A stretch of DNA of 64,000 nt from Fimbriosthenelais zetlandica (lineage: Eukaryota), in the NCBI GenBank assembly GCA_977030845.1, contig OZ365114.1, positions 25,420,001 to 25,484,000 of the forward strand, written 5' to 3'. Position numbers and translations under genes: made by a program. Shown piece by piece: positions 63,701-64,000 of this stretch (the first letter of the stretch is position 1; every line of letters begins with the position of its first letter). The notes under the pieces are model-generated. The model saw only the letters and a program-made list of their open reading frames with translations, made no database searches and was not told where the DNA came from.

Positions 63701-63928
63701 ACATTTTCTGTAACACTCGGCGTCTCCTTGAGATAATTTTGATGTTCATCCTTGAAAAGGTTGCACTGTGTTATGAAACTGTGTCTATAATAGGTGAGCC
63801 GAGCTTTTAGAACAAATGTAACGTTAATCTCCAGTGGGCTGTAAACGCACCTTACTCATGTTTGGGCATTGAGGGCTTTGTGTGAAAACTGACTGGGGAT
63901 AAATTTATGGACACAGGGCACAGGAGGC
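60786..63928 (-). CDS. Putative 3' exons of an unidentified minus-strand gene (5'-partial)
   Basis: Candidate exons 63928-63856, 63011-62913, 61679-61575, 61183-61137, 60820-60786 have AG/GT boundaries and chain in phase: ...LLCPVSINLSPVSFHTKPSMPKHD-ATQGAGETELSGVEQRDGSEVSTCLLLRSLPTS-LVNRNRKYQGCVSFRSRPVKVKWVMDLVNDLDFTM-SMHGFLTCIRVLHKK-EYQSLKCPVEM*. The 61575-61679 exon has strong G/C third-position bias like the CAND1 exons; the others are less certain. Confidence 0.45.
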
Positions 63929-64000
63929 CTGTAAAGCACACTCAGGAGGGGTCCCTGGAGAGGGTCACTTTTAGACCTGGCCTCCTAACTATCTCACTCT

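Noticed and set aside
1-64000. tRNA, rRNA, snRNA or endogenous viral genes
   Set aside because: No cloverleaf, rRNA-like, capsid or viral polymerase signature recognised by eye; a covariance-model scan would be needed to exclude small RNAs.

Overview
Eukaryotic, intron-rich animal genomic DNA, probably a bilaterian invertebrate (the taxon cannot be determined from this window). Five protein-coding genes are supported or suggested. (1) The 3' part of exostosin-1 (EXT1/tout-velu), coding exons 2-9, at 31861-34862 (+). Its large first coding exon is not in the window, so 1-31860 is most likely the distal part of a giant intron 1, packed with heavily decayed BEL/Pao, Gypsy, LINE and integrase-type relics. 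(2) A secreted trypsin-like S1A protease at 40086-43487 (+) with an unusual N-terminal Lys/Trp/Pro-basic and Asp/Glu/Ser-acidic tandem repeat, read in a frame the ORF track largely misses. (3) SNRNP25 (U11/U12 25 kDa) at 44807-43728 (-), essentially invisible in the ORF track, convergent with the protease and head-to-head with CAND1. (4) A complete 30-exon CAND1 at 45312-58312 (+). (5) Phase-compatible minus-strand exons of an unidentified gene at 60786-63928. The most notable observations are a textbook recursive splice site candidate (poly-Y CAG|GTAAGT followed by a 42-nt stop-containing RS-exon) in the EXT1 giant intron, three independent tandem duplications that copy splice sites (two poison acceptors and one in-frame donor), the repeat-bearing protease, and a 2.08-kb DNA transposon with 13-bp TIRs, a 5-bp TSD and seven copies of an internal 14-bp motif. 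All family assignments are by eye from remembered motifs; no searches were run.
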